Part shown: positions 10,524 through 21,151 of the stretch, piece after piece | Layout of the letters: the number at the start of each line of letters is the position of its first letter | How positions within the stretch are numbered: position 1 is the first letter of the stretch | NCBI GenBank assembly: GCA_034439715.1 | Contig: JAWXAY010000027.1 | Coordinates: 1 to 64,000, forward strand | Source: Pseudomonadota bacterium | Lineage (GTDB): Bacteria > Bdellovibrionota > Bdellovibrionia > Bdellovibrionales > SG-bin7 | Direction: 5' to 3' | DNA: 64,000 nt | Program-made: the position numbers and the translations under genes | The notes under the pieces: model-generated | What the model was told of the DNA's origin: nothing | Seen by the model: the letters and a program-made list of their open reading frames with translations, nothing else | The model's database searches: none

Positions 10524-11732
10524 ATGGCCGATATAGACAAAAACAGTCCCCTATTTTCAACTATAGCTGAAGAAGCTATGATGGGTATTATGGCTTTTTC
10601 AGGTGAGCCACAACGTTGCATCTATATTAATAAACTAGCACGAGAGATCATTAGCCACACTTCTTCAATGCCCCTATCAGAGATTCTAGTTGACATGCTT
10701 TTTCCAAAAAAAATTACGGGAAATTCTCGCGTCTTTAGCGAAGAACTGTTGAAACACGAAGGATTGACTCAAGATCTCGTGCTATCAAAACTCAACGGTT
10801 CGAATTTTATGGCCAACATCGGCATTAAACATCTTACCGTAAATGGCCAAAACCAAATTCTCTTAATGTTTCAAGACACTACTTTTCAAAAAAAGTTGCA
10901 AAAAGAAATTGGTCTTAAACAAACTGAAATCAACAAGGCCTACAAAGACCTGTTAAAGCAGAATCAGCAATTAAAAGAGCTGGATTTGGCAAAAGATCGT
11001 TTTATTGCGCTCACCACTCACGAATTGCGCACTCCCGTATCAGCCATTGTGGCTACTACCGACGTGCTTGTTAATCATCTCTACGACGATGGTAAACAAC
11101 GCGATGGTTTTATTGTAACTCTCCATGAACAGAGCAACCAACTTTTGACACTCGTCAACGACATACTTGATTTTGCAAAAATCCAAGCGGGAAAAATGGA
11201 ATACTATGTTGAGCTCAGTACTCTCAATGACGTACTGACGGAACAGACCAATCATTACAAAAACATGGGGGCCAAAGAAAATATATCTTTGGACTTTGAA
11301 AATCCCTCAAAAAAGGAGTGGAGGTGTTACTTCGACCAACTCCGACTCTCTCAGGTTATTGGCAACATCCTTAATAACGCCATTAAGTTTAATAAAGCAA
11401 ATGGTAAGGTTTTAATTACCCTCGAAGAAGACGAGGCTCAAAATTTTTCAATTATTTGCATAACCGATACTGGACGCGGAATCGACGCCGCCAGTATGGA
11501 AAAAGTCTTCAACGAGTTTGAAACTGTTACCGAAGTGAGTCGACACCATAAAGGAACCGGATTAGGCATGCCAATTTCTAAGCGAATCATTGAAAGTATG
11601 GGCGGATTAATTTCGGTGGTGAGTGAACTCAATGTGGGTTCTACATTTAAAATTCATATCCCCAACAAAAAAGTATTGCCAGTAGAGTTTTACCGCAAGC
11701 GCCCTGATATGGAAGAAGACTTAGTCGCATAA
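10524..11732 (+). CDS. Cytoplasmic PAS-like sensor histidine kinase
   Basis: H-box THELRTP, N-box NAIKF, DTGRG and GTGLG; no TM segments. Confidence 0.93.
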   Translation: MADIDKNSPLFSTIAEEAMMGIMAFSGEPQRCIYINKLAREIISHTSSMPLSEILVDMLFPKKITGNSRVFSEELLKHEGLTQDLVLSKLNGSNFMANIGIKHLTVNGQNQILLMFQDTTFQKKLQKEIGLKQTEINKAYKDLLKQNQQLKELDLAKDRFIALTTHELRTPVSAIVATTDVLVNHLYDDGKQRDGFIVTLHEQSNQLLTLVNDILDFAKIQAGKMEYYVELSTLNDVLTEQTNHYKNMGAKENISLDFENPSKKEWRCYFDQLRLSQVIGNILNNAIKFNKANGKVLITLEEDEAQNFSIICITDTGRGIDAASMEKVFNEFETVTEVSRHHKGTGLGMPISKRIIESMGGLISVVSELNVGSTFKIHIPNKKVLPVEFYRKRPDMEEDLVA

Positions 11733-11747
11733 AGGAAGTCAGAACAA

Positions 11748-12179
11748 ATGTTTGCTAAAGAGGCCAAAATTCTTATCGTAGATGATATGACCAGCATTCG
11801 CGATTTGGTTCGTGTTTCTTTAAACAAACTGGGGTACGAAAACATCACCGAAGCCCAAGATGGAATGCAGGCCTTGGAAATGATTAAGTCACAGAAAAAA
11901 TTAGGGCGTCAATATGATCTCGTACTTTGCGACTGGAACATGCCAAGGATGATGGGAATCGATCTGTTAAAAACCGTTCGGCGAGATCCCGAATGGGAGT
12001 TTCTGCCGTTTATTCTCGTCACTACTGAATCTGAAAAAATCAATATACTAGAGGCCATTGCCTCTGGCGTATCCGACTATATCGTCAAGCCATTTTCGGT
12101 AACCGTGTTGCAAAACAAAATGGCCAGCGTCCACAAAAGACTTATAGAAACGTTAAAAAAAGGAAGGCCAGTAAGTTAA
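11748..12179 (+). CDS. CheY-like response regulator
   Basis: IVDD, CDWNMP, LVT and YIVKPF motifs. Confidence 0.92.
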   Translation: MFAKEAKILIVDDMTSIRDLVRVSLNKLGYENITEAQDGMQALEMIKSQKKLGRQYDLVLCDWNMPRMMGIDLLKTVRRDPEWEFLPFILVTTESEKINILEAIASGVSDYIVKPFSVTVLQNKMASVHKRLIETLKKGRPVS

Positions 12180-13558
12180 ATATTTCCGAAGGTTCCCTGG
12201 CTCATTCCCACCTTGGCAGGTAATTTAAACTTCTGAGCAATGGTTGCTAGTAAATCAGTGTGTCGGGCACCATTCATATTTAGTAATTTTCCCGGCACGT
12301 GGCCCGCTCCACGACCTGCCAATATCATCGGTACTCTTCTGAGGTCATGATTATGGGGATCACCCATACCGGTTCCAAACATTAGCAAGGTTGAATTCAG
12401 CAATGGGCCATTCACATCAGAAGTATTTTTCAACTTACCAAGTAGATATGCAAACTGAGCAGCTTCCCACCTTTTAAAGGTATTCATGACGGGCCTGTAT
12501 ACAGTAGCGTTATCAAGATAGTGGGAGGCATCATGATGGCGAACTGTTGAACCATTTGCGCCTTCGTAATAAAATACGTTTTCGTAGGAGTGCTCTACCG
12601 TCAACATAAAACTTGAAACTCGAGTAATATCACATTGAAAGGCTATTGTAAGCATATCAGCCATGTTGCGAGCTCGCTGATTAATGACGGGATTTGTATA
12701 ACCATCACCACCATTGTTGGCATCAGAGATATAAGAAGGATTATTAGGAACGGTACAGATAACTTGTGAGCTAGGGACTTCGGCCGCCACTCTCCTTTGA
12801 ACTTCGTTTACAGAAGTAAAAAATTCGTCAAGCTTTTGCTTGTCACTAGCACCCAAACGTGAATTTAGTTTTTGTATATCACCTAAGACGTCATCTAAAA
12901 TACTCTTTTTCTGCGCAGCACGAGCAAGTGCCGCGGCATTTGATTGCGTCGGGATTCCGTTAGAAAATAAATAATCAAATACGGATTTCGAACTTACAAA
13001 CCGTGGCGTCTGTGTGGTTTGATTAGTCCACGAAATGTTTGTCAGATACTGGTGGCTCCCTCTTGCAGAGCTCCCCCCTGCATATAAATAGTTGGGATGA
13101 CAACCCATAACTAAAGATTTTTTATTGTTGGGAGTAGCTTGCGCAATCATTTGGTCTAACGAACTTCCGGCTCCGTAAAGGGCCACACGAGTTGCTCGAT
13201 TGGGCCAATCGTATGTTTGTCCAGTGAGATAAGCAGTACTTGCTTGCCAGTGTGCCGTAGTGCCATCCATTCTATAGCCAAATAAGCCAGCGTCGTTAAT
13301 GAGACCCTGAATGGGAGTAATGTCGGCTTTAAAAGGTAATAGTCCTAGAAGATTTTGTGGCAGTGTCCAGTTATTCTCTGTGCCAGTACAATTCCAATCT
13401 ATAACTCCATTGCCAAAATAAATAGCCACGAATCTTTGTGGAACGCCAGCAGCTTGGGCAAAGGCTCTTAGGGGCAGCATTACCTCTAAAAATGGTAACG
13501 CTATAAGAGTTCCTGCTCCTCTTAAAAATGTACGTCTATCTAGTGGTTTATTTCTCAT
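12176..13558 (-). CDS. DUF1552 (HXXSHH) family protein with Tat signal (module E)
   Basis: DRRTFLRG...LP.LE.M signal; KSILD; AFQCDITRV; HHDASHY; GMGDPHNH. Confidence 0.9.
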   Translation of the reverse strand: MRNKPLDRRTFLRGAGTLIALPFLEVMLPLRAFAQAAGVPQRFVAIYFGNGVIDWNCTGTENNWTLPQNLLGLLPFKADITPIQGLINDAGLFGYRMDGTTAHWQASTAYLTGQTYDWPNRATRVALYGAGSSLDQMIAQATPNNKKSLVMGCHPNYLYAGGSSARGSHQYLTNISWTNQTTQTPRFVSSKSVFDYLFSNGIPTQSNAAALARAAQKKSILDDVLGDIQKLNSRLGASDKQKLDEFFTSVNEVQRRVAAEVPSSQVICTVPNNPSYISDANNGGDGYTNPVINQRARNMADMLTIAFQCDITRVSSFMLTVEHSYENVFYYEGANGSTVRHHDASHYLDNATVYRPVMNTFKRWEAAQFAYLLGKLKNTSDVNGPLLNSTLLMFGTGMGDPHNHDLRRVPMILAGRGAGHVPGKLLNMNGARHTDLLATIAQKFKLPAKVGMSQGTFGNI

Positions 13559-13559
13559 A

Positions 13560-15239
13560 TTATTCTCCCCTGCTATCGGTGCGGTTCATTCGAAACTGCT
13601 CACTCAATACAATAGAAACAACTAAATCCAAAAATGATTTTTCTGGCTGCACGGCAGAGTCGCCGATCACAGATAGGGCACATTGATCAGTGGAAGCGAT
13701 CGTACGCCCTAGCGCATATGTCATCAGTTTTTTAGTGATACATTTTTTAAAATCTTTTTCTTGCCGCAAAATATTTAAAAGATCTGCACTATCTCTAAAA
13801 CTTTTGCCACGTAGAGCACCGCTAGGATCAATAACTAAACCATTTAAATAAGTTTGTCGAAAGCGTCCAATCTGGTCAAAATTTTCTAATCCCAGGCCCA
13901 GTTGATCCATATCCACATGGCAACCGGCACAAGCAACTGATTTAGTGTGATTTGCGAGCCTTTGTTTTAATGTTAATGTTCCTGAGTCGTTTCCATCCAG
14001 CGGAGTAACAGTTAGGCCGTCAGGAAAAGGTGGGGGTGGTGTGCAGGTGATGTTCTCTAAGATTGCATTGCCCCGAGCTGTTGGTTTAGAGCGATCATCG
14101 GCAGAATTGAGAGTCAAAAAAGCACCTTGTGTTAAGAGGCCCCGGCGAGGAGTTCCAGCAATGTTCACCTTTTGAAATTGAGGCCCCGCAACTCCTGATA
14201 TCCCGTAATGATTGGCAAGACCTTCATTAATATAAGAATAGTCGGCAGAAATAAAATCCATCGGCGATCCACTGCCTTGAATAATAGCGGCCGTAAATGT
14301 TTCCGTCTCTGTTTTCATGTCCCGTTGCATTTGAAGTGTCAACCCAGTACGAGTTGCAATATCACTAGTGAGCCCACGGGTTCCAATCCACTGCCCCACA
14401 AAACTTTCGTTAAAGCGCAGCGCTTTTGGATCTTTAAGCATTCGCGTAACTTCGGCCTTCACGGCATCAACGGTGCTTAATTTGTCTTGGTCAGCTAAAG
14501 CTAGTAGCTTTTCGTCAGGCGGACTGTTCCATAAGAAATACGCCAAGCGGGTCACAAACTCATGGGGCGTTAGCAATGCTATACCAGTTGGGGCTCCTGC
14601 CTTGCCAAACGAAGTGCGAAATAAAAATAAAGGAGACATCAAAATACGCTGATAGGCGAGGCCCACCGCATCTCTAAAAACAGCACCACTTACTAGCTGC
14701 TTTGAAACAAAACCAACCAATTGATCGACCTCAGCGCTGGCTAATGAACGACGATAAGCTTTGCGCCCGAATGATTGCACCAAAATTTTTGCGCAAACGG
14801 GATTGGAAACTACCTGACCAGCAACTGGGTCGCACTTAAAAGTTTCCGGGCGACTTATCATTGAAGCTGTAACACTAGTCTCTATAATCTTCATCAGTTC
14901 ATAGAGATATATGGAATTTAAAGTCAAGAAACTGGCGTTATTTGAGAAGCCCTCGGTGCTAGTTATATCAGTGGGAATACTATTAGTGGCTACACCACCC
15001 AGCCCCAAAATATCTCTTAGTGAGTTTGCGAACTCATCCTTATTAAGTCTTCGCAACAATGTTTTGCCAGGGTCAGTGGTCGAACACATTATCGTAGGAT
15101 TGTTCGCAGGGTCATTATATTTTCCGTCAAGGCTGCTAAGGCTAGAATTACTAGAATCTCTTGTGGCTTTATACCCGCCGCAATTTTGAAAACTCAGAAT
15201 TATACCAAGCGTAGAAACTATCAAAGTGTATTTTTTCAA
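13560..15239 (-). CDS. DUF1587/1595/1592/1588/1585 multidomain heme-motif lipoprotein (module E)
   Basis: LRRLN, RLAYFLWNSPPD, RRGLLTQ, RG..IL..I.C, CAGCH..MD and YALGR motifs. Start re-called to TTG 15239 after a GGGGGA RBS; FQNC signal. Confidence 0.9.
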   Translation of the reverse strand: MKKYTLIVSTLGIILSFQNCGGYKATRDSSNSSLSSLDGKYNDPANNPTIMCSTTDPGKTLLRRLNKDEFANSLRDILGLGGVATNSIPTDITSTEGFSNNASFLTLNSIYLYELMKIIETSVTASMISRPETFKCDPVAGQVVSNPVCAKILVQSFGRKAYRRSLASAEVDQLVGFVSKQLVSGAVFRDAVGLAYQRILMSPLFLFRTSFGKAGAPTGIALLTPHEFVTRLAYFLWNSPPDEKLLALADQDKLSTVDAVKAEVTRMLKDPKALRFNESFVGQWIGTRGLTSDIATRTGLTLQMQRDMKTETETFTAAIIQGSGSPMDFISADYSYINEGLANHYGISGVAGPQFQKVNIAGTPRRGLLTQGAFLTLNSADDRSKPTARGNAILENITCTPPPPFPDGLTVTPLDGNDSGTLTLKQRLANHTKSVACAGCHVDMDQLGLGLENFDQIGRFRQTYLNGLVIDPSGALRGKSFRDSADLLNILRQEKDFKKCITKKLMTYALGRTIASTDQCALSVIGDSAVQPEKSFLDLVVSIVLSEQFRMNRTDSRGE

Positions 15240-15269
15240 GGGTCCCCCGGACGTAGTACGTACCCATTT

Positions 15270-15315
15270 AGGATACAAGGACCCTATTTATAATTCATTG
15301 AGTATTAATGAGCCA
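15270..15315 (-). promoter_or_regulatory. Island box plus -10 hexamer (module E promoter)
   Basis: Minus strand TGGCTCATTAATACTCA (15315-15299), then 23 bp, then TATCCT. Confidence 0.7.
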
Positions 15316-15347
15316 TACTAGTTGTCATCTCATCTAGAGACGCTGCA

Positions 15348-15827
15348 CTATATGGTGGGCACCTGGGTGCATCGTTGCAAATCAAGGGGATCAGTTGTAA
15401 GAGGGCCTCGCCAGACTCCATCAGTTCCGAGAGCTTGGAAACAAGTAAAAGTAGTCGCCGGTTCAGGCCAAATAAGATTTACGGTGTAGGGCGAATTAAA
15501 TGGAGCGATAAGATTGATCCAGCCGCCCGAGTTATTATAGTTGAAACGAAGCCCTTGCACTGGTCCGCTGAGAGTAACCTTGGCCCCAGTGGCGGTCGCA
15601 ACAACACCCATGACATAGGCCGGAGTATTTGGTGGCGGCAAAACGGGTGGTGGAGGCGGAGGCGGCGGCTCGGTGGGCGGTGGTTCGATCGGGGGGCCCA
15701 CTAATTCCCCTTCACTGTTTAGCTCGAGAGAGCCTTTCAAAATACCTGAATCGTTTGCACAATTATTGTAGCTCAACACCAGGAAGGCACATAAAATCAC
15801 AGTGAAAATACTATTTGATTTTCCCAT
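15348..15827 (-). CDS. Small putative lipoprotein with poly-Pro linker
   Basis: Signal ending SYNNC; PPPPPPP tract; C-terminal beta-rich domain with 2 Cys. A FliA-like GCCGAAAG lies at 15845-15838. Confidence 0.8.
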   Translation of the reverse strand: MGKSNSIFTVILCAFLVLSYNNCANDSGILKGSLELNSEGELVGPPIEPPPTEPPPPPPPPVLPPPNTPAYVMGVVATATGAKVTLSGPVQGLRFNYNNSGGWINLIAPFNSPYTVNLIWPEPATTFTCFQALGTDGVWRGPLTTDPLDLQRCTQVPTI

Positions 15828-15918
15828 CTCATGTATCCTTTCGGCGCAACCTAGACTTTCCTATAGGAATAAATTAAATAATATTTGAAAAGTCTGTGTC
15901 ATTTTGAGACACAGAACA

Positions 15919-16758
15919 CTAGATACAAGGATTATTGTGATTGTTGGGTAGCTTAAAATTATTAGGCTTCACCACTTGCCAACCTCGGCTAAGCAAGCTG
16001 TTAAAATTTGCCGTTGGCTGCTGATTTTGAGGGTCAAACCAAGTTTCATTTCCGGTGACCCCACATAGTGGTTCTGAGGGCGGCACAGTGCCATTTACTT
16101 TTCGCCATAACATCATGAGAGCGATGTGGTAACGAGGGCCTTGAAAATATTTAAGGCGAATGGGCAATCGCGTATCTGCGTTCATTTGTAGAGTCGTAGC
16201 TCCACAGCCCAGGCGCGTCGGATGATTGCCATCGTTATTAACTATAGTCGAATAAGCGTCACTAGATATTTTAGCATCTAATATTGATCCATCGTCAGAG
16301 AGCAATGCAACTTGATAATTGCCTGGCACGTTTTGGTTCGTAAGTCTTAATTCACTATAGATGTCGAGTGCGAAGTATTCGATCAATACTTTATTTTGTT
16401 CATCCCTAACAAAATCTCCGCCATCGATTAGGAATCCCACATCAAACATACGCGTGGGAACATTTAACTGAGAGAGAAACAACGGATTATTTGACCTGTG
16501 TCCAAAAGAAATAAATTCGTCAACCGATTTATAGCGCGGCTGGCTCTGATCTAAATAATAAATATCGCTCTGTAAACCTGAGTCAGGATCGATGGGATCA
16601 GTGCCTATATCACATATCGGAGGGTTAGAAAAAGGCGTGACAGGCCCGTTTACCTTATTGGCACTTGTCGAAAACTTGACACCCGCACATCCAGTTGTCA
16701 GACATACGGTTCCTATACATAGCGCCAACCTTAAAATACTCTGGGGGGATCTCTTCAT
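15919..16758 (-). CDS. PA14-domain lipoprotein
   Basis: LTTGC lipobox; SDDGS, NNDGNH and I.LKYFQGP PA14 motifs. Confidence 0.85.
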   Translation of the reverse strand: MKRSPQSILRLALCIGTVCLTTGCAGVKFSTSANKVNGPVTPFSNPPICDIGTDPIDPDSGLQSDIYYLDQSQPRYKSVDEFISFGHRSNNPLFLSQLNVPTRMFDVGFLIDGGDFVRDEQNKVLIEYFALDIYSELRLTNQNVPGNYQVALLSDDGSILDAKISSDAYSTIVNNDGNHPTRLGCGATTLQMNADTRLPIRLKYFQGPRYHIALMMLWRKVNGTVPPSEPLCGVTGNETWFDPQNQQPTANFNSLLSRGWQVVKPNNFKLPNNHNNPCI

Positions 16759-16797
16759 TATTTTCCTCTAATCTTTCCTAATAGTATATTTAACTGC

Positions 16798-16847
16798 AAA
16801 AAAAAGGCCACATCTCTGGGTGGGTGGGAGAGACTTGTGACTCTATT
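16798..16847 (-). ncRNA. Candidate small RNA or leader hairpin with CCCACCCACCC loop, copy 1
   Basis: GUCACA(AG)UCUCU-CCCACCCACCC-AGAGAUGUGGC-C-U8 downstream of box + TAGTAT; homologous to 35447-35497. Confidence 0.55.
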
Positions 16848-16853
16848 TTATTA

Positions 16854-16912
16854 ATACTACGTGGTTCAAATGGTGAATTAAATGAGTATTAATGAGCCAT
16901 TGAACAATGGCT
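16854..16912 (-). promoter_or_regulatory. Island box plus -10 hexamer, with an additional inverted half-site
   Basis: TGGCTCATTAATACTCA (16899-16883), then 23 bp, then TAGTAT; palindrome GAGCCATTG-AA-CAATGGCTC. Confidence 0.7.
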
Positions 16913-16939
16913 CGAATTGAAAATATTTTTTTAAAGGAA

Positions 16940-18505
16940 TTAAGCCCTTAACAAAAAGTTCAGCTCTGGCGCGGGTTGAACATCCGAATAGCTGTTATAA
17001 ACCGCAGCCGGGATTCCTAATGATTTGGCGACTGTTTTCCAAACGCTGGCACCAGAAACTCGCCCGCTGTTATCAGTAGAACCATTGGCCATAGTAACGC
17101 CATTAGCATCAGGCCTATGATAACTAAATGTGTAACTCGTACCATTATTCGCCGCTATGCGGATATCTCCGTAATAACCACCTCTTATTCGACCACCAGC
17201 GAGAACTACGGCATTTTTACCGCGATCACCGAACGATTCACATTCAATACCTCGGCCACCGTCGGTGGTATAAATTGCAATCAGTGTTCGATCGTAAACG
17301 CCTCGGGCTTTAAGTGTCTCGATAAGTCGAGCTAACGGAAGTGCAAACTGCTTAGACTGCGCTAGCATGGCTGCTTCTGGACGTGAACCGTGAACATCTC
17401 CGTAACAAAATTCCAAAGCCACGGTCCGCAAAGCTGCTGCCGAAACAAGTTTTGCTGCGTAAGCCGCTTGTTCCCAAATTGAGGCCACTGAACCACCAAA
17501 AGTAGTAAAACCCACATCAGGTACACCGGAACTCCAATACTGTCTTTCTAGAGCAGTCAGATTTAAATTTAGAGCAGTAGTAGGCCGCGCTAACTTAGAA
17601 TTAAAGTTTTGTATTTGGGTTAAGTGATCACTCGAAGCCAAGTCAGTATATTTAAGTCTATTTAAAAAACTCGCATCCACTCTGTTCAACAATCTTGTAA
17701 CTAAATCTTTTTGTTGAGCCAAAATGGAAGTGGCACTAGTCACATTGGCAAAGTTACTCAACAAAGTAGGCGTATCCGTAATTCTGTCAATTTGTGCGTC
17801 TACTAAATTAGCGGCGTGATGGTAAATGGCATGTTTACGGTCGCCGCGACCTAAACCCTTATAGGCAATTCCACGTCTTAAATTTCGATCGAGTTGCCTT
17901 TGATGAAAATTATGAAGAATGGCTGAGGTCGGCGTAGCACTGTAATGTCGCTCATTGCCGCCAAAGTCTCCCGCTTGAATAGCTGGTGAGAACTGACCGT
18001 CAATGTTCCACATTGACGTGCGTCCCGCACCTGCGTTGTAGTTTCGCCCTGGAGAACGTAAAGCGTTTGCCGCCTCATGGCCATGAATCGTTCCCATAGA
18101 TAGCTCACCCACTTCGATAACGGCAATTGAATCCAAATGAGGAATCAAAGAAAGTCCATCTGTACCAAGATAAAAATTATTGCCACCTCTTCGCAAAGTA
18201 TTAGGATCCTGTGACAATGCCACATTTCGGCCTGTGAAACCCCGACGAAGATTCGGATAAGTCGCGAGGCCCGGCGCCACAATGGCATTTAAAAAATCGA
18301 ATTGATCTCGTAAATTAATTTCTATAAAATTTGTAGGAATTGTACTTTCAAAACTTTGAGCGTAGGCCTCGCCCATAACTATATCCAAGCAACCAAAACG
18401 TAGCGCTGGGGGCACAAATGGTGAAGCCAAGACTAGTCCCAATATTTTTAAGAACTGTCGACGTTCTGTAATAGGCATTCTCTCAAAATCTAAAGGTTTT
18501 TTCAT
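16940..18505 (-). CDS. DUF1501-like Tat-exported protein (module D)
   Basis: ERRQFLK Tat motif, AYAQ cleavage site, GDVHG, TDGGR and LAGGRIRGG.YG. Start re-called to ATG 18505. Confidence 0.75.
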   Translation of the reverse strand: MKKPLDFERMPITERRQFLKILGLVLASPFVPPALRFGCLDIVMGEAYAQSFESTIPTNFIEINLRDQFDFLNAIVAPGLATYPNLRRGFTGRNVALSQDPNTLRRGGNNFYLGTDGLSLIPHLDSIAVIEVGELSMGTIHGHEAANALRSPGRNYNAGAGRTSMWNIDGQFSPAIQAGDFGGNERHYSATPTSAILHNFHQRQLDRNLRRGIAYKGLGRGDRKHAIYHHAANLVDAQIDRITDTPTLLSNFANVTSATSILAQQKDLVTRLLNRVDASFLNRLKYTDLASSDHLTQIQNFNSKLARPTTALNLNLTALERQYWSSGVPDVGFTTFGGSVASIWEQAAYAAKLVSAAALRTVALEFCYGDVHGSRPEAAMLAQSKQFALPLARLIETLKARGVYDRTLIAIYTTDGGRGIECESFGDRGKNAVVLAGGRIRGGYYGDIRIAANNGTSYTFSYHRPDANGVTMANGSTDNSGRVSGASVWKTVAKSLGIPAAVYNSYSDVQPAPELNFLLRA

Positions 18506-18506
18506 A

Positions 18507-19586
18507 TTATTGCCCCGCCATAAGTAAAGAACCAATAACCATCGGATGTCTTAAGCTCTCGAAAACAATCTGTTTAAAACTGGGGTCCTGATATTTTTGC
18601 TTTAGTTTGGCAGAAATATCTTTGACCACCCCACGATTAATAGTTTCATTGCCGTCTGTAAGTCGAATAAAGTACCGAACAGAGTTTCTAACGGAACATT
18701 CTGTAAAATTAGCATTATTCACCAAGGCTTGAGCAGCCTCTCTCAAATTATTTGAGGTCTGCCCAAACATTTGAGAAACTTCGGATCTCGCAAGGTCGGA
18801 AGTCACCATATGCGAAGTAAAAAGATCATTCACAGAAAGTCCGGGCTCAAGATTGGGATTTTGCAGGCCTGTGGCGGCAGCTTTATAAACTCCAAAAGCG
18901 TCAAATTTAACAAAAAATTGAGTGTGAGCACTGAATTGCCCATGGCACGCATAGCAAGCCGTACCATTGCCAAACTCTGCAGCTCCTATTGCTAAGTCAG
19001 CCGCAAACATAGGTATTAATGATTCTCTCGGCAGTCGCGGCTGTAAAGTGGTGGACATCGGATAAGACTGGCACGCAAACTGACGTAACGTATTACTAGC
19101 ACGAGAAAGATTAAATCGTCCGCTATACTGCTTTAGAAAAGCGCGAGTCGTTAACACGCCTGCCACAAATGGGGAGCCCGTATCACAACTTATTCTCTGC
19201 CTATTATTATCAACACAGTAATCCGCTGTTAAGATTTCAGAGTAAGGCCGATTCTGGCGAATTAAATAATCGAGAAGATTTGCCGGAAGTTCATAGTTAA
19301 TAGTGCCATCGTTTCCGCTAACACCGAGCTGGGTCTGAATTTGAATTCGGCTAGATTTAACAAAAAATTCAGAATCCACCCAAGACTGTAAAACTCTTTC
19401 TAAACCCACGTACCCCTCGCTCCTAAGGGTACTTCTCTCCGCAGCATTCAAGGGTCGACCAGTGAGCATCGAGCTCAGCCGCGCCATATAGTTTTCTATC
19501 TGCTGCGGAGTAAACGAACTGGTTGATTGCGCTTGCGCACTATTCAATCCTGTCAAAACAACTAAAATAAATATTAGATTTTTCAT
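18507..19586 (-). CDS. Secreted single-CxxCH protein, DUF1588/DUF1585-like core (module D)
   Basis: Sec signal AQA; AGVLTTRAFL; CYACH. Confidence 0.75.
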   Translation of the reverse strand: MKNLIFILVVLTGLNSAQAQSTSSFTPQQIENYMARLSSMLTGRPLNAAERSTLRSEGYVGLERVLQSWVDSEFFVKSSRIQIQTQLGVSGNDGTINYELPANLLDYLIRQNRPYSEILTADYCVDNNRQRISCDTGSPFVAGVLTTRAFLKQYSGRFNLSRASNTLRQFACQSYPMSTTLQPRLPRESLIPMFAADLAIGAAEFGNGTACYACHGQFSAHTQFFVKFDAFGVYKAAATGLQNPNLEPGLSVNDLFTSHMVTSDLARSEVSQMFGQTSNNLREAAQALVNNANFTECSVRNSVRYFIRLTDGNETINRGVVKDISAKLKQKYQDPSFKQIVFESLRHPMVIGSLLMAGQ

Positions 19587-20146
19587 TGTGCTACATACTC
19601 CAAAGAAGAAAGTGTTACATAACAGAGTACTTCGAGGCGAACGTCGTTTGATACGGCCAGTGCAGTTACATCATTTATATTACTTTGATCCTCAGCGTTC
19701 AAATCTCTTCCAAGAGCGGATTCTATAAATCCCCTAGCTGCAGCAGGAAAGGGGAATTTGGTCCGGAGTGCCAGCGATGAACAGTAAGGCTGAAGAGCTT
19801 GAGTCCATGAAGCCAATCGAGAGTCTGTCCAAGTTAAGTCTTGCGATACTCCTCTGGCAAAATCATAAGATCCCAATTCAATTTTTTTAGAATTAAGTTG
19901 AGCATAAAGTGCGACATCTGTGCTACCGATCAGAGAATTTAGTTTATTGATCCGAACATCAAACGGTAGAATTCGCACTGCACTCCTATCTATTTTAAAA
20001 AGACCAAGAGTTATTGACTCCGGAGGCACAAACAAGAATGATCCTGAAGAAGCGAGTTCTGACTTTTGGCTTTTAAAACCGCTGCAGTTACTATAAAAAA
20101 CGGCGACTACAAACAAAGATGCCAAATAAATTATTGATCTTTTCAT
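19583..20146 (-). CDS. Putative lipoprotein (module D)
   Basis: FYSNC signal; ALGRDL..E helix and C-terminal LC...LSSLEY. Start re-called to ATG 20146 (ATGA overlap). Confidence 0.8.
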   Translation of the reverse strand: MKRSIIYLASLFVVAVFYSNCSGFKSQKSELASSGSFLFVPPESITLGLFKIDRSAVRILPFDVRINKLNSLIGSTDVALYAQLNSKKIELGSYDFARGVSQDLTWTDSRLASWTQALQPYCSSLALRTKFPFPAAARGFIESALGRDLNAEDQSNINDVTALAVSNDVRLEVLCYVTLSSLEYVAQ

Positions 20147-21126
20147 GGAACCTGCCAATCTTGTGCATGACATAGGGTTAAAAATAGAGAGCGCCAGCCT
20201 TCTATCGTAGGATATTGTAGAGTGGTTGTTTGATTGACTAGGCTTTGCAATGCCGTGGTCACAGTAACCGGAGCAGTTCTGCCAACATAAAATAACCCGT
20301 AGGCATTAGAAATTTGTCCCGCTGTTGGTAACACGGTACTAGAGCCCGCACCAGCAAGTCCTCGAGCAAACTCTACCGCACCATCGTTAGATAATATTTT
20401 ATCGCACGTACGATAGACTAGTGCTGCGCGGGGTGACGTCATGCCTGGTATTATTGCGGCCTGACTTTCTGCAGAGCTGCACCCAAATGAGTAAGAATCA
20501 CAAGGTCCACCAAATTGTATCACATTATCTGCAATCGCACCTTTGGTTAATGGCGCTGCCACTGGTCCAAAAATTTCATTTAAAGTAGTGGCTACATAGC
20601 TTCGCGTTTCCAAGCGAATCACCCTTCTCACTCCCGTCGTGCCGCCCTTTGGGGGAGGCGGATTGGCGCCATTCTTTTTTTCATATGCCGCCCAGGTAAC
20701 CAAGGCCGCTGACATCTCTGAACCGTCGCTCGTACAAAACTGAGCATTGGCAATATCACTCTTACGGCAATGATTATTTTTTGATTGTTCTATAAAATAA
20801 GAATTTAATACATTTTCGAAATCGGCATATTTACGATTGTCAGATGTTTGTCCCGCCTTAGAAATCTCGTAGGACAAGTTGAGATCATTTTGCGCAAATA
20901 AAGGCTGTTGATTTGCACTGTGGCAACCTGCGCAGTTTTTTCTGGTGACGGCGTAAACAGAGGTGCGAAAAACTTCTTTGGCCAGTAAGATGTCAACTGA
21001 TGACTGGCTATTACTGCCAAATTCGTCACTTTTAAGTGAAGTAAATTTGCTGCAGTTTTGAAAACCCATCAATAGCGTCAAGCCCAGTGCTAGAAAAGCT
21101 ATTATAAGTTTAACGTTAAATTTCAT
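20143..21126 (-). CDS. c-type cytochrome-like lipoprotein (module C)
   Basis: FQNC signal; CAGCH; paralog of 24642..25589 with the shared C-terminus DWQVP. Confidence 0.82.
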   Translation of the reverse strand: MKFNVKLIIAFLALGLTLLMGFQNCSKFTSLKSDEFGSNSQSSVDILLAKEVFRTSVYAVTRKNCAGCHSANQQPLFAQNDLNLSYEISKAGQTSDNRKYADFENVLNSYFIEQSKNNHCRKSDIANAQFCTSDGSEMSAALVTWAAYEKKNGANPPPPKGGTTGVRRVIRLETRSYVATTLNEIFGPVAAPLTKGAIADNVIQFGGPCDSYSFGCSSAESQAAIIPGMTSPRAALVYRTCDKILSNDGAVEFARGLAGAGSSTVLPTAGQISNAYGLFYVGRTAPVTVTTALQSLVNQTTTLQYPTIEGWRSLFLTLCHAQDWQVP

Positions 21127-21151
21127 TTTTAGATTTCCCCAAATTCTACAG

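Noticed and set aside
12176..12179. TTAA overlap of convergent genes (also at 60515-60518) as a transposon target site
   Set aside because: These are simply shared stop codons; there is no transposase or terminal repeat.
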